Assembly: GCA_964342675.1 (NCBI GenBank)
Contig: CAYFFR010000001.1
Location: 20,981 to 84,980, forward strand
Length of the DNA: 64,000 bases
Direction of reading: 5' to 3'
Source: an uncultured Gammaproteobacteria bacterium
Lineage (GTDB): Bacteria; Pseudomonadota; Gammaproteobacteria; Magnimaribacterales; D2472
Of the stretch, positions 9,873 through 19,600 are shown piece by piece. The first letter of the stretch is position 1. Each line of letters opens with the position of its first letter. The notes under the pieces are model-generated. The model was not told the origin of the DNA and did no database searches. It saw only the letters and a program-made list of their open reading frames with translations. Position numbers and translations under genes: made by a program.

Positions 9873-9916
9873 TTTTTGTATTTTACATCATCAATAAGGG
9901 TTAGAATAAGTTTCTT

Positions 9917-10654
9917 ATGCATCCATATCTAAAAGCTAAAAGTCCTTCAATTCTTGCTCACAGAGGTGGTAGCTTAGAAACAAGTGAAAATACGTTACAA
10001 GGATTTGAGTATGCTATTAACCTAGGTGCTGAATATATCGAAACAGATGTGCAACTAAGTAAAGATGGAATTCCTTATATTTTTCATGATGATGACCTAA
10101 AAAGAATATGTAAAAAAAATATTACTTTTAATCAGCTCAATGGAAATGAAATTGATTTAATAAAAATATTTAATGGTTGCAATATTCCAACTCTTCAAGA
10201 GTGCTTGGATGTGTTTCCAGATACTAAATTCAATATTGATCTTAAAACTGATGAGGTGGTAGTTCCAGCATTAAAAATACTTTCCAATATGAAAACTGAA
10301 GATAGAGTTTGTATAGCAAGTTTTGCAAATGAAAGATTAGAGTTTACTCGCGAAAACTATCCTAAGTTTTGTACTTCAATGGGTCCTAAGGAAATTCTAA
10401 ATCTCAAACTCTCATCATTGGGTATATCATCACCAAAAGTTTCTGGTAATTGTGTACAAATTCCAATTTATAAATATGCGATAAAATTAGTTACAAAGAG
10501 ATTAATAAGATTGTCTCATAAATTAGGTTTAAAGGTTCATGTATGGACTATCAATGACCCTAATATCATGCAAAAATTAATAGATATGGACATTGATGGG
10601 ATAATCACTGATAAACCAAAACTACTGAGAGAGATCATTCAAGGATTAAATTAG
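9917..10654 (+). CDS. glycerophosphodiester phosphodiesterase (cytoplasmic, UgpQ-like)
   Basis: ILAHRGGSLETSENTLQGF...ETDVQLSKDGIPYIFHDDDL and C-terminal VWTINDP...DGIITDKP are GDPD-family motifs. No signal peptide. Confidence 0.85.
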   Translation: MHPYLKAKSPSILAHRGGSLETSENTLQGFEYAINLGAEYIETDVQLSKDGIPYIFHDDDLKRICKKNITFNQLNGNEIDLIKIFNGCNIPTLQECLDVFPDTKFNIDLKTDEVVVPALKILSNMKTEDRVCIASFANERLEFTRENYPKFCTSMGPKEILNLKLSSLGISSPKVSGNCVQIPIYKYAIKLVTKRLIRLSHKLGLKVHVWTINDPNIMQKLIDMDIDGIITDKPKLLREIIQGLN

Positions 10655-10831
10655 ATATTTAATAAGAATCTTTCTGCAAATGATATATAAAGGAATAATG
10701 ACAGCTGAAGTTATTAGTATTTCAGTAAGCAAAGAATAGTCTAAAACATCTCTTAGCCATCTAGCTATAAATAAGCTAATAACACCAAGGATACTATAAA
10801 AAATGATAGATTTTTTACTAAATAGCTTCAT
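10646..10831 (-). CDS. possible small two-TM membrane protein
   Basis: ORF-track entry trimmed to the internal Met (MKLFSKKSIIFYSILGVISLFIARW...). It contains two hydrophobic helices. Both ends overlap neighbouring genes and there is no recognisable homology. Confidence 0.25.
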   Translation of the reverse strand: MKLFSKKSIIFYSILGVISLFIARWLRDVLDYSLLTEILITSAVIIPLYIICRKILIKYLI

Positions 10832-12068
10832 TTTTAACTTTAAGTAGAACAATTCCTCCAAGAACAAATAAAATAATAACTGGTAGTAATCCGAGTTGAA
10901 TATTCTCAGGAGTCAATGCTATCCCCACAAGTGTAGGTCCAATAAAGGCGCCTGCTTTACCGAACATATTAAAAAAACCAAAAAATTCTCCAGATTTTTC
11001 AGCAGGGATAATAGAAGCAAAAAATGATCTTGAGCTAGCCTGTATTCCACCTTGAACACTTCCAACCAAAGCTGCAAGGATATAAAACTCAATTGCATTA
11101 GATAAAGTTAAAGAAAAAACAATAACCCCAATATAGATAATTATTGAAAGATTAATAACTAATTTATCATTATATCTATCTGCGATATAAGCCCAAATTA
11201 ATGTAAATGGAAAAGCAACAAATTGAACAATTAATAGACCAACAATAATTGCGCTGTCATCTAATTCTAATAATTTTGCATAAAGAACAGCTGAACTCAT
11301 AACTGTATGGACTCCATCAATATATAAAAAGAATGCTAATAAAAATAAAAATATTTTTTTATTTTGAGATATAGATTTTATTGTTAAATAAATTCTCTTA
11401 AACGGTTCTAAAATAATATTTCCTTGAAAATTATTTTGCATGACTTTTTCTTCTTTGTAAGTTAAGGCTAGAGGAAGGAGAAATATAAGCCACCATATAG
11501 ATACAGATAAAAAAGCAAATAATATTGCTTCAGAGGAATTTACAAATCCAAGATCTTGCCAAAACATAAACATTAAAGCATTTATTAAAAAGAGTAATCC
11601 GCCCCCAAAATAACCCCATGCATAACCAATACCTGATATTTTTGAATATCTATCAGGGCTAGTAATCTTTATTAAAATTTTGTCATATAAAATATTACCA
11701 GCTGAAAAGAAATAATTAGCTACCCCAAAAAAAACTAAAGCAGAAATCCACATTCCTGCATCTGTTAAATACAGCATTCCAACGCAAACAATTGAGATCA
11801 TTGTAAAAACTATAAATACCTTTTTTGTAGATCCATTAATATCTGTTAATGCTCCTATTACAGGAGCACTTACAAATAGAAGAAAATTTGATAGAGCTAC
11901 GGTCCAAAGTAAATAGGATGCAGATTGAATGGGCGATAAGTCCATACCCCAAAATTCAGGAAAGAATAATGGAAAAAATGCCGCTAAGACAGTTGTAGCA
12001 AATGCAGAATTACCAGCATCATAAGCAATCCATGATTTAACTACCTTTGGTAATTTATTTTTGTTCAT
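10818..12068 (-). CDS. MFS transporter, UMF1/Atg22-like family
   Basis: 416 aa, about 12 TM helices. The N-terminal SWIAYDAGNSAFATTVLAAFFPLFF pattern is typical of UMF1-type MFS proteins. Confidence 0.8.
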   Translation of the reverse strand: MNKNKLPKVVKSWIAYDAGNSAFATTVLAAFFPLFFPEFWGMDLSPIQSASYLLWTVALSNFLLFVSAPVIGALTDINGSTKKVFIVFTMISIVCVGMLYLTDAGMWISALVFFGVANYFFSAGNILYDKILIKITSPDRYSKISGIGYAWGYFGGGLLFLINALMFMFWQDLGFVNSSEAILFAFLSVSIWWLIFLLPLALTYKEEKVMQNNFQGNIILEPFKRIYLTIKSISQNKKIFLFLLAFFLYIDGVHTVMSSAVLYAKLLELDDSAIIVGLLIVQFVAFPFTLIWAYIADRYNDKLVINLSIIIYIGVIVFSLTLSNAIEFYILAALVGSVQGGIQASSRSFFASIIPAEKSGEFFGFFNMFGKAGAFIGPTLVGIALTPENIQLGLLPVIILFVLGGIVLLKVKNEAI

Positions 12069-13080
12069 AAAAGATTTCTTTATTCTTCAATCTCTTATCA
12101 ATCAAGCCTCTGTTAAATAAACAATTTAAATGAGCAATTGACTCACCTGTAGCCATTAAAAAATTACCATCATCAATTTTTCTTTTAAATAATACAGAAA
12201 ATACATCAACAGATCTTTTAGGTTCAGATAGAAAGTCTAATAACTTATCTAAAGAAGTCTCATGATGATTGATGATTGTATTCAATCTCTTATGAGCACC
12301 TACAAATGGCCTCCCATGCGCTGGTAATACTAAAACGTCTTCAGGTAATTTATCTAACAATTTTTTACATGAATTCAGCCAATCCTCTAAAGGGTTAGCT
12401 TCAGGTTCAGTTGGAAATACTCCAACATGTGAAGTTATCTTTGGAAGTAATTGGTCTCCAGCAATAAAAATATTTTTATCTTTTGATAATAAGCATAGAT
12501 GTTCCATTGTGTGTCCCTTCCCATCAATGATTTCCCAAGATTCATTGTTGAGAATAATTCTATCGCCATCTTTAAGCCTATTAAATGAGTTAGGTAATCT
12601 GTGAATCATTGAACCAAAAAAACCAAACCTCTCTACATATGCTTTAATCTGTGATTCTGATAAACCTGCTTGTGTGTAAAAATCAATTGCTTCATGAGGA
12701 ACATTGTCTCCAGTGTCAGCAGCAAGGACTCTGCATTGTAAATAATCAGTCCGGCTCATGTATAAAGGGATATTAAAGTTTGAAGTAAACCATCCTGCTA
12801 AACCAATATGATCAGGATGCATATGTGTAACTATCACTCTTTTGAAAGATAGCTTTTCTTTATCAATTAAATCACTCCATGCATTTTTTACATCCTCTAA
12901 AAACATTCCACTATCAACTAAGGTACATTCTTCTTTAGATCCAATAATCCATAAATTAATATGATTTAAGTCCATTGGGAGAGGCATCCTAACCCAATGG
13001 ATGTCTTTTTGAATACTAAATAAAGTTCCATTTTTAGGAACTTCATCAATTGGGAAATCTAACCTTGTGTCTGCATTCAT
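12055..13080 (-). CDS. MBL-fold metallo-hydrolase
   Basis: 341 aa with the HxHxDH motif (VTHMHPDHIG) and later His/Asp ligands (GHTMEH, PAHG). Confidence 0.8.
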   Translation of the reverse strand: MNADTRLDFPIDEVPKNGTLFSIQKDIHWVRMPLPMDLNHINLWIIGSKEECTLVDSGMFLEDVKNAWSDLIDKEKLSFKRVIVTHMHPDHIGLAGWFTSNFNIPLYMSRTDYLQCRVLAADTGDNVPHEAIDFYTQAGLSESQIKAYVERFGFFGSMIHRLPNSFNRLKDGDRIILNNESWEIIDGKGHTMEHLCLLSKDKNIFIAGDQLLPKITSHVGVFPTEPEANPLEDWLNSCKKLLDKLPEDVLVLPAHGRPFVGAHKRLNTIINHHETSLDKLLDFLSEPKRSVDVFSVLFKRKIDDGNFLMATGESIAHLNCLFNRGLIDKRLKNKEIFYEQK

Positions 13081-13195
13081 ATTTTTTTATTATTAAATAT
13101 AATTATGGAAGATAAAAAAACAATTATCGGCTTAAGTGGGTTCATAATAGGTATAGGATGTTTAGTTTTTTTGTTAGGTATTTTAGCTTATTTAA

Positions 13196-13810
13196 TCACC
13201 TAACCTTAATTTTTGGATCCTTTGCATTGCCTCTTAATTTTTGAAGAAATTCGCCTACTTTCACAGGCTTACTAACATCAGCAAAACGATTATACTTGCT
13301 ATCCCAAAACTCTTTCCATGTTGGAAAAAGATCATGAAAGAAACCATCGTATGGATCCTCATTAGGCCAGCGCATTTTTTTCTTACCTATTGGGGGATGA
13401 TTAATATCAGTAGCATACCAATACATAGGCAATCTTTTTTTAAATAACCACACATCATCTAAACGAACATAAACATCCCAATACAGCATTTGCATAATCA
13501 CCCAGTCTGTTTTTGTTTCATGCTCATTTTTTGAGTAGACAAGACCCAATGCTTGATCTTGATTTATAAATTCAATAATGTGATTGCCTGTCTGATGCGA
13601 TGTTCCAAAAAACTTTGATCTAAATGTCTCATCAGCCCATTTTTTTAAAGCCTGTCTTCCAACTCTATCTTTTCCAACACGAACCTCTGGAACAAATAAA
13701 TTAACGTGCATATCGATAGCTCTCATATCTAAAGTGACTGCATATTTTGATACAAGCTGTTTGATTTCTTCTATAGACTCTAGTCGATCAATTCTTGCGT
13801 TAATATCCAT
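13196..13810 (-). CDS. NTF2-fold SnoaL-like (SnoaL_4 type) protein
   Basis: 204 aa. The N-terminal RIDRLESIEEIKQLVSKYAVTLD helix and overall pattern are typical of SnoaL_4/NTF2-like proteins in catabolic clusters. Assignment is by pattern only. Confidence 0.6.
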   Translation of the reverse strand: MDINARIDRLESIEEIKQLVSKYAVTLDMRAIDMHVNLFVPEVRVGKDRVGRQALKKWADETFRSKFFGTSHQTGNHIIEFINQDQALGLVYSKNEHETKTDWVIMQMLYWDVYVRLDDVWLFKKRLPMYWYATDINHPPIGKKKMRWPNEDPYDGFFHDLFPTWKEFWDSKYNRFADVSKPVKVGEFLQKLRGNAKDPKIKVR

Positions 13811-13813
13811 TAA

Positions 13814-14152
13814 TTATCCTGGAGGCCAAGTAAATGGTCTGCCGCTAAGAAGATGAAGGTGAAGGTGAAAAACACTTTGTCCTGCTTTTGCTCCATTGTT
13901 AATAACTACTCTATAAGCATCCTCAACATTTAATTGGCGTGCTACTTCAGTAACTACCCAAAGAAGGTGTCCTAATGTCTCTGTATCTTGTTTTTGAGAT
14001 TTAGATAATTGCGGTATTATCATTTTAGGGATAATAAGAATATGAGTTGGGGCTTGAGGATTAATATCCTCAAAAGCTAAAGAGATATCGTCTTCGTACA
14101 CTATCTTTGCTGGAATTTCTTTATTTATAATTTTTAAAAATAGATCATCCAT
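13814..14152 (-). CDS. HIT-family histidine triad nucleotide-binding protein
   Basis: 112 aa. IPAKIVYEDD... and the histidine triad HLHLHLL. Confidence 0.9.
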   Translation of the reverse strand: MDDLFLKIINKEIPAKIVYEDDISLAFEDINPQAPTHILIIPKMIIPQLSKSQKQDTETLGHLLWVVTEVARQLNVEDAYRVVINNGAKAGQSVFHLHLHLLSGRPFTWPPG

Positions 14153-14341
14153 TTAGAATATTCCTCTAAGTAATCTTAGTGTTATAAATACTACCAACAC
14201 AGTTAAGCCTAAGGCTAAAATAACAACAAGAAAATCTCTAAGAAGTTTTAAGAAACTATTTCCTTTATTTCCCTTTAATAAATTATTTACCAAAAAAAAG
14301 ATGGCAATTGTTGTTAGTATTGCTATTGTTAATCTAACCAT
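14153..14341 (-). CDS. small two-TM membrane protein, unknown function
   Basis: 62 aa with two hydrophobic helices. The gene abuts the HIT gene start with no gap. Confidence 0.4.
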   Translation of the reverse strand: MVRLTIAILTTIAIFFLVNNLLKGNKGNSFLKLLRDFLVVILALGLTVLVVFITLRLLRGIF

Positions 14342-14351
14342 AAGTAAAATC

Positions 14352-14939
14352 TTAACTCCTTTGTTTTGATCTAAGCAAATATGTAATGACTAGGAATAAA
14401 GTGATAATCCCTAACATTGTGGTAATCAATGCAAACATAGAAGCTTTGCCTAGCAGCAATAAAAGCACTAAAGCAGATCCCCATGTTAAGCAAGCAATAA
14501 TATCAGCACGATAAAACTTATAAAGTTTTAGACTACCAATACCGAGCAGGAAGGGGGTTAAGGATCTTATAACAAATATAAATCTTCCATATATAACTGC
14601 ATATGAACCATATCTACCTATAAATTTTTTAGCTTTTTCTACTTTAGATTGACGATTTTTAAAAAATTTACGGTCCAAAAGTTTTGGTCCTACAAGCTTT
14701 CCTATTAAATATCCTGATAAATCACCTAAATGAGCTCCTAGAATTGCTAAGCTAGCAATCATATAAATACTCAAAATGTCATTGTTATATAAAAACACAC
14801 ATACAGAAAAAAGAATAATGCTAGGAATAAAAATACCAGTGATTACCATTGATTCAAGAAATGCAAATGCAAGAACTGCGGCCCACGCAAACTCAGTGTT
14901 GGTTGATAGAAAATCTTGAATATTTTTAATGTGAATCAT
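14352..14939 (-). CDS. DedA/VTT-domain membrane protein
   Basis: 195 aa. ESMVITGIFIPS...LGAHLGDLSGYLIGKLVGPKLL matches the DedA pattern. Its start overlaps the upstream crotonase stop as ATGA. Confidence 0.7.
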   Translation of the reverse strand: MIHIKNIQDFLSTNTEFAWAAVLAFAFLESMVITGIFIPSIILFSVCVFLYNNDILSIYMIASLAILGAHLGDLSGYLIGKLVGPKLLDRKFFKNRQSKVEKAKKFIGRYGSYAVIYGRFIFVIRSLTPFLLGIGSLKLYKFYRADIIACLTWGSALVLLLLLGKASMFALITTMLGIITLFLVITYLLRSKQRS

Positions 14940-15670
14940 TTAGTAAAAAATTTAGTCACCGCTTGAAGGTTAGCCTCTGAACCAAATAATGCTTTCATTC
15001 CATCTGCTTCTAATTTTCTACTCAATAAAACTTTATCTTTATCAAATGACTTAAGAATACGTTTAGTTTCGATTAATGATTCTTGTGATAATGCATTAAT
15101 TTTTTTACTAAGCTTTAAAGCCTTATCAAGTGGATTATTAGATACGTTTGTTGCTAAGCCTAATGAGTAATATTCATCAGCCAAAATCCATTCAGAAGAA
15201 GTTAATAGTTCAAATGCTTTATGAAAACCAACTTTATTGTAAAGTAAATAAGTGCTTCCAAGTTCAGGAACTAGACCAAGCTCTGTAAATGGGTACTTCA
15301 TCTTGAATTTATGATCTAAGAAAATAAAATCAAAATGCAATAAAATTGTAGCGCCTCCTCCAACTGCCATACCTTCGGCTGCAGCAATTAGAGGTTTATT
15401 AAAATTCATCAGTGCATCAATGCAGGTTTCAAAGGGCTCTTCATATTTATTCCCCTGATCTCCAACCATACTTTCTAAATCTACCCCCGATGAAAAATTT
15501 CCACCAGCTCCAGTAATTACAACTGATTTAATATTATTATTAAGATCAGCCTCGATGAGAGCATCTCTAAGCAACATCCAAATCTCAGCATCAAGTGCAT
15601 TAATTTTTTTAGGTCGATTTAATGTTAGAAGAAGAGTTTGATGAACATTCTTACGTAAAAGTTTTGTCAT
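14936..15670 (-). CDS. enoyl-CoA hydratase/isomerase (crotonase fold)
   Basis: 244 aa. LTLNRPKKINAL, ITGAGGNFSSGVDL and AAAEGMAVGGGATILL are oxyanion-hole crotonase motifs. Confidence 0.8.
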   Translation of the reverse strand: MTKLLRKNVHQTLLLTLNRPKKINALDAEIWMLLRDALIEADLNNNIKSVVITGAGGNFSSGVDLESMVGDQGNKYEEPFETCIDALMNFNKPLIAAAEGMAVGGGATILLHFDFIFLDHKFKMKYPFTELGLVPELGSTYLLYNKVGFHKAFELLTSSEWILADEYYSLGLATNVSNNPLDKALKLSKKINALSQESLIETKRILKSFDKDKVLLSRKLEADGMKALFGSEANLQAVTKFFTK

Positions 15671-16464
15671 TTTCCTTTAAAGTTTGGTTTTCTTTTCTCA
15701 GCAAAAGCAGTAAGACCTTCCATCATATCTTCGGTAGTAAATATTGGTTCTCCTATTTCTAATTCTTTTGCTAAAGCTTCTGTCTCATGATAGCTTTCAT
15801 CATATTCTCTTAGTGACTTTGTAATCGCCTGAATTGATAATGGTGCATTTTCAGCAATAGATTTAGCTATTTCAAATGCTTTATCTAAGGCTTTTCCATC
15901 TTCAACAATATGTCCAATTAAACCAAAACGTAAAGCTTCTTCAGCATTCACTCTTCTGCCAGTTAGCAACATCTCAGCAGCCAGTGTATATGGTATTTGA
16001 CGTCTTAATCTAATTGATGAGCCACCAAGAGGGAATAAGCCTCGCAACGGTTCAGTTAGTCCAAAAGTAGCAGATTTACCAGAAACCCTTATATCAGTTC
16101 CTTGAAGTATTTCAGTACCGCCAGCTAAAGCAAAACCTTCAACTGCAGCAATAATAGGTTTGGTTGGGCGATTGTGTCTTAGTAGAGCTTGCCAATGCAG
16201 ATCAGGAATTGTTTTAAGTTTTTCCATCATGTCTGAATCTTCTTGTCCATCTTTCATTGCTGATAAATCTGCACCAGAGCAAAATGTGCCTCCAGCACCA
16301 GTTAATATTGCACATCTTAAATTCTTATCATCATTAAGTTTCCTCCATGCTTCATAAACGGTTACAAGCATCCCTGGACTCAAAGCATTTCTTTTTTCAG
16401 GTCTATTTAAAGTAATAATTAAAATATGTCCTTGTTCTTCTACTATTGCATGATTTTTATCCAT
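15667..16464 (-). CDS. enoyl-CoA hydratase (crotonase fold)
   Basis: ITLNRPEKRNAL, LTGAGGTFCSGADL and AAVEGFALAGGTEIL motifs. I prefer the ATG at 16464 (MDKNHAIVEE...), which avoids a 25-nt overlap with the upstream gene. The track start is 16497. Confidence 0.85.
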   Translation of the reverse strand: MDKNHAIVEEQGHILIITLNRPEKRNALSPGMLVTVYEAWRKLNDDKNLRCAILTGAGGTFCSGADLSAMKDGQEDSDMMEKLKTIPDLHWQALLRHNRPTKPIIAAVEGFALAGGTEILQGTDIRVSGKSATFGLTEPLRGLFPLGGSSIRLRRQIPYTLAAEMLLTGRRVNAEEALRFGLIGHIVEDGKALDKAFEIAKSIAENAPLSIQAITKSLREYDESYHETEALAKELEIGEPIFTTEDMMEGLTAFAEKRKPNFKGK

Positions 16465-16472
16465 AATATTTC

Positions 16473-17618
16473 CTATATATTTTTTCCTACAATCCACATT
16501 GCAAAAAACTGAGAGGCACCACCATAGGCATGACCCATAGCAATATTTGCTCCTTCAACTTGATGTTTATCTGCCTTCCCCATAACCTGTAAACAAGCTT
16601 CACCAAATCTTATCATTCCAGAGGCTCCAATTGGATTAGATGATAAGACACCACCAGACATATTAATAGGTAAGTCACCGGTTAAACTAGTTGTTCCATT
16701 TTCAGTTAATTTCCATCCATTACCTAAATTACAAAAATGTAAATTCTCAAGCCACATTGGTTCATACCAAGAAAAAGGAACATATATTTCAGCACAATCA
16801 ATCTCTTTAAAAGGATTAGTTATTCCTGCTTGATTATAAATATCTTTAGCACAATCTTTACCTCCTTGAGGATTCACTTCATCTCTTCCGGCTGAAAGCG
16901 TTCCTTCAGACCTAACTGCCATACCTTTAATCCAAGCTGCATTTCTATCCTTAGCTAATTTTTTGTTTGATATTACTAAGGCACATGCGCCGTCGGAAGA
17001 AGGACAACTTTCTAAATATCTTAGTGGCTCCCATAACATAGGTGTATCTGAAACCATCTTTTCATCTATTCCAGGTACATGTAAATGCGCTAAGGGATTC
17101 AGCAGTGCATTTTGACGATCTTTTGCTGCTACGATCCAACCAATATTTTCAGGAGCATTATATCTTCTAATATACTCTCTCATATAAGGAGCAAAATATC
17201 CTCCAGCACCAGCATTAATGTGTGGAGAGTATGGGTATTTTGGCGATAATGCCCATGTTGCATTAGATTCAGATTGTTTTTCAAATGTAACAGTTAAGAC
17301 TGTATCAAAGCTTCCAGAACAAACATGTGATGCTGCTATAACAGCAGTACTACCACCAACACTACCAGCAGTATGCACTCTCATAACAGGCTTTCCTACA
17401 CCCCCAATTGCATCAACTAAAGACAACTCAGGCATTACTAACCCCTCAAACATATCTGGAGCTTTTCCCAATATAACTGCATCGATTGCATCCCAATCAA
17501 CATCTGCATCCTTCATAGCATTATTGATAGCTTCTCTCACTAAACCACCGATAGAAACATCTCTCCTTTTAGAATCATATTTTGTTTGGCCTACACCAAT
17601 GACTGCAGCACGTTTCAT
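16473..17618 (-). CDS. thiolase-fold protein, SCP-x/Ltp-like, apparently lacking the nucleophilic Cys
   Basis: 381 aa from MKRAAVIGVGQTKYD. I prefer the ATG at 17618, which forms an ATGA overlap with the upstream stop. The thiolase-fold blocks are present, but the nucleophile block reads RVHTAGSVGGSTAV. The C-terminal blocks read NMSGGVLSSNPIGASG and GHAYGGAS. Confidence 0.8.
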   Translation of the reverse strand: MKRAAVIGVGQTKYDSKRRDVSIGGLVREAINNAMKDADVDWDAIDAVILGKAPDMFEGLVMPELSLVDAIGGVGKPVMRVHTAGSVGGSTAVIAASHVCSGSFDTVLTVTFEKQSESNATWALSPKYPYSPHINAGAGGYFAPYMREYIRRYNAPENIGWIVAAKDRQNALLNPLAHLHVPGIDEKMVSDTPMLWEPLRYLESCPSSDGACALVISNKKLAKDRNAAWIKGMAVRSEGTLSAGRDEVNPQGGKDCAKDIYNQAGITNPFKEIDCAEIYVPFSWYEPMWLENLHFCNLGNGWKLTENGTTSLTGDLPINMSGGVLSSNPIGASGMIRFGEACLQVMGKADKHQVEGANIAMGHAYGGASQFFAMWIVGKNI

Positions 17619-18670
17619 TGCTTTCTCTCTAAATGCACTAGCATATTTTGTTGCAAACATGGACCAGAGGTAGCATGTGCAAGAGCATTACTATAGTTAT
17701 TATTTAATAATGACTCATAAGACTTACCAATCGCATCTAAACCAGCAGCCATAACAACATTGCCTGATAATGGGCCACCAGATAAATTAACAGGAATATC
17801 TTGTAAACCAATTAAATTGCTAATAAATGGTGCTTCAAAACTAAACTGAGTATGTAATTCAGCAAAATCTAATTTTATTTGATCAAGCTGTATTAATTTA
17901 GCAAGACTAGTTATGCTTTTAGAGGTTGTCAGATCTCTAGCACCTAAATTAGAAGTTTCAATATTGTGATGAATTGAATTAATACATACAAACTTGCGAT
18001 TGATATTTTCAGCAAACTCTTTAGTGCCTATGATCATAGCTGAGGCACCATCTGATATAGGTGAACAATCAAATTTATTTAAGGGTGACGAAATAAATTC
18101 TGAGTCTAAATATTGATCTAATGATGGTGATGATTGTACGAGAGAATTTTGATTATTTTGTGCATTTGTCATTGCCTGTTGAATTGCATCAAACATTGAA
18201 TCTTTTGTGATGATAGATCTATCTAATAAAACTCTAGCTTGGAGAGCAGCTAAAGATACTCTATCAGCCCACAAAGGGGCTAAATAATATGGGTCAGTTT
18301 GTAAGGATACAATTGAATCTAGATTACCAGGTGAGGATTTACCAAAACCGTAAATTAATGCGCTCTCTGCATCACCCATTTGAATTTTTAAAATTGATTC
18401 AAACAATGCCCATGCCGCATCCATCTCTACATGAGATTCTTTAATTGGCGGATTTGTTTGAATTGCTGACAAGCCTTCTACAAAAGCAAATGCTGCGCCC
18501 TGTAAATAATCACAACTACCCGAACACGTAAAATCAATGTTGTCTTGATTTAATCCAGTTTGTTTAAAAACTTCATGGACGACAGGCATAATAAGCTCAA
18601 CCTCATTAGCAGCGCCTGCATCAGACAAGATTTGGTTTTGAGCGTAACCTAGTATGTAAATATCCTTCAT
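17615..18670 (-). CDS. divergent thiolase-fold protein (second subunit type), also without the nucleophilic Cys
   Basis: 351 aa. The region aligned to the nucleophile block reads SHVEMDAAWALFESILKIQMGDAESALIYGFGKSS. Also present are SPISDGASAMIIG and NLSGGPLSGNVVMAAG. Alignment was done by eye. Confidence 0.7.
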   Translation of the reverse strand: MKDIYILGYAQNQILSDAGAANEVELIMPVVHEVFKQTGLNQDNIDFTCSGSCDYLQGAAFAFVEGLSAIQTNPPIKESHVEMDAAWALFESILKIQMGDAESALIYGFGKSSPGNLDSIVSLQTDPYYLAPLWADRVSLAALQARVLLDRSIITKDSMFDAIQQAMTNAQNNQNSLVQSSPSLDQYLDSEFISSPLNKFDCSPISDGASAMIIGTKEFAENINRKFVCINSIHHNIETSNLGARDLTTSKSITSLAKLIQLDQIKLDFAELHTQFSFEAPFISNLIGLQDIPVNLSGGPLSGNVVMAAGLDAIGKSYESLLNNNYSNALAHATSGPCLQQNMLVHLERKQ

Positions 18671-19173
18671 TTTGTTTTAAAAATATAGCTATCAGGGTCC
18701 ATATCAGGCTCACCTGTTGGTTGAAACCATTTAATATTTTCTAATGTTGTATCCCATTCTGATTTATCTTTCCAAACAGCTTTCACTCGCATTCCAATTC
18801 TGATTTCTGCTAAATCAATATCTTGGATCAGATGAAGGAATGAGATGTCTGCACCATCAAGCCTTATCATTGCACAAACATATGGTGGGACAATTGGGTT
18901 GCCTGGTATTGGAATATGAACAATGGTAAATGATTCTACTGATCCAGTATCAGGTAATTCAACTTCCTCATTGGTTGGGATCCCATCTCTTGGACAACTT
19001 CCTCTTGGAGGAACATATACAGCTTTACATTTAGGGCATTTTTGACCAACTAATTTACCTAATGCAACTTTTTTTAAAAATCTTGTTGTAGCAAATCCAG
19101 CTGTATAGTTATAATTTAATGATATTGGTGATTCAAAATAATCTTTGTTTTCTTCAGTCATTTTTGAGCTCAA
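18667..19173 (-). CDS. DUF35 OB-fold/zinc-ribbon protein (thiolase/aldolase partner)
   Basis: 168 aa. Zinc-ribbon-like CPKCKAVYVPPRGSCPRDG is followed by an OB-fold region (GSVESFTIVH...RIGMRVKAVW). Confidence 0.75.
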   Translation of the reverse strand: MSSKMTEENKDYFESPISLNYNYTAGFATTRFLKKVALGKLVGQKCPKCKAVYVPPRGSCPRDGIPTNEEVELPDTGSVESFTIVHIPIPGNPIVPPYVCAMIRLDGADISFLHLIQDIDLAEIRIGMRVKAVWKDKSEWDTTLENIKWFQPTGEPDMDPDSYIFKTK

Positions 19174-19600
19174 AATATTTAATATCTAAAATGGTTTTAG
19201 TTTTTTTAGAGTTCCAAACAACGGTAACTTTCTGACCCATATAAAGATCTTCTTCTTGACAATTTGTTACCATATGAAGCATGCAAGAGGATGTACCATC
19301 AAGATTAATTAGAGCAAAAGCAAATGGTTTATTGAGTAGATGATGATCCCTAGGCTTATTGATCCAAGTAAAGGATTTAATTGTTCCTGTAGATGAAACC
19401 TCAACAAAATCCTTTAATTCTTCACATGTAACTGGATCAAATTCTGCTGCTGGAACAAGTATATCCCCATTAGAGTTTTTTGTTCCTAATATTTTATTTT
19501 TAGATAACGCATCAAAAAATTTACCAATGATGGGTCCTGTAGATCGTTTATATGTATATTCTAATTTAAAGGGAGCTCGTAACATTTTATCCTTATTCAT
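19154..19600 (-). CDS. DUF35-like OB-fold protein with a degenerate zinc ribbon
   Basis: 148 aa. It has the same layout as the neighbouring DUF35 protein (GTIKSFTWIN...YMGQKVTVVW), but the CxxC...C positions are replaced (GTKNSNGDILVPAAEFDPVTCEE). Confidence 0.65.
   Translation of the reverse strand: MNKDKMLRAPFKLEYTYKRSTGPIIGKFFDALSKNKILGTKNSNGDILVPAAEFDPVTCEELKDFVEVSSTGTIKSFTWINKPRDHHLLNKPFAFALINLDGTSSCMLHMVTNCQEEDLYMGQKVTVVWNSKKTKTILDIKYFELKND

Noticed and set aside
9800-9916. Pho-box-like sequence upstream of the glycerophosphodiesterase (GTGTACA-TCAA-CATAATG; TTGTATC-ATTT-CATAAAA)
   Set aside because: Only the first heptamer resembles the motif, and the second unit lacks the GTGAA/GTCAA core shared by the four reported sites.
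17218-17673. 151-aa plus-strand ORF, the longest antisense ORF in the window
   Set aside because: It lies entirely antisense to the two well-supported thiolase-fold genes. Its translation is low-complexity (Thr/Pro/Ala/Ser-rich), with no motif and no ribosome-binding site. This is a typical shadow ORF of a relatively GC-richer gene.
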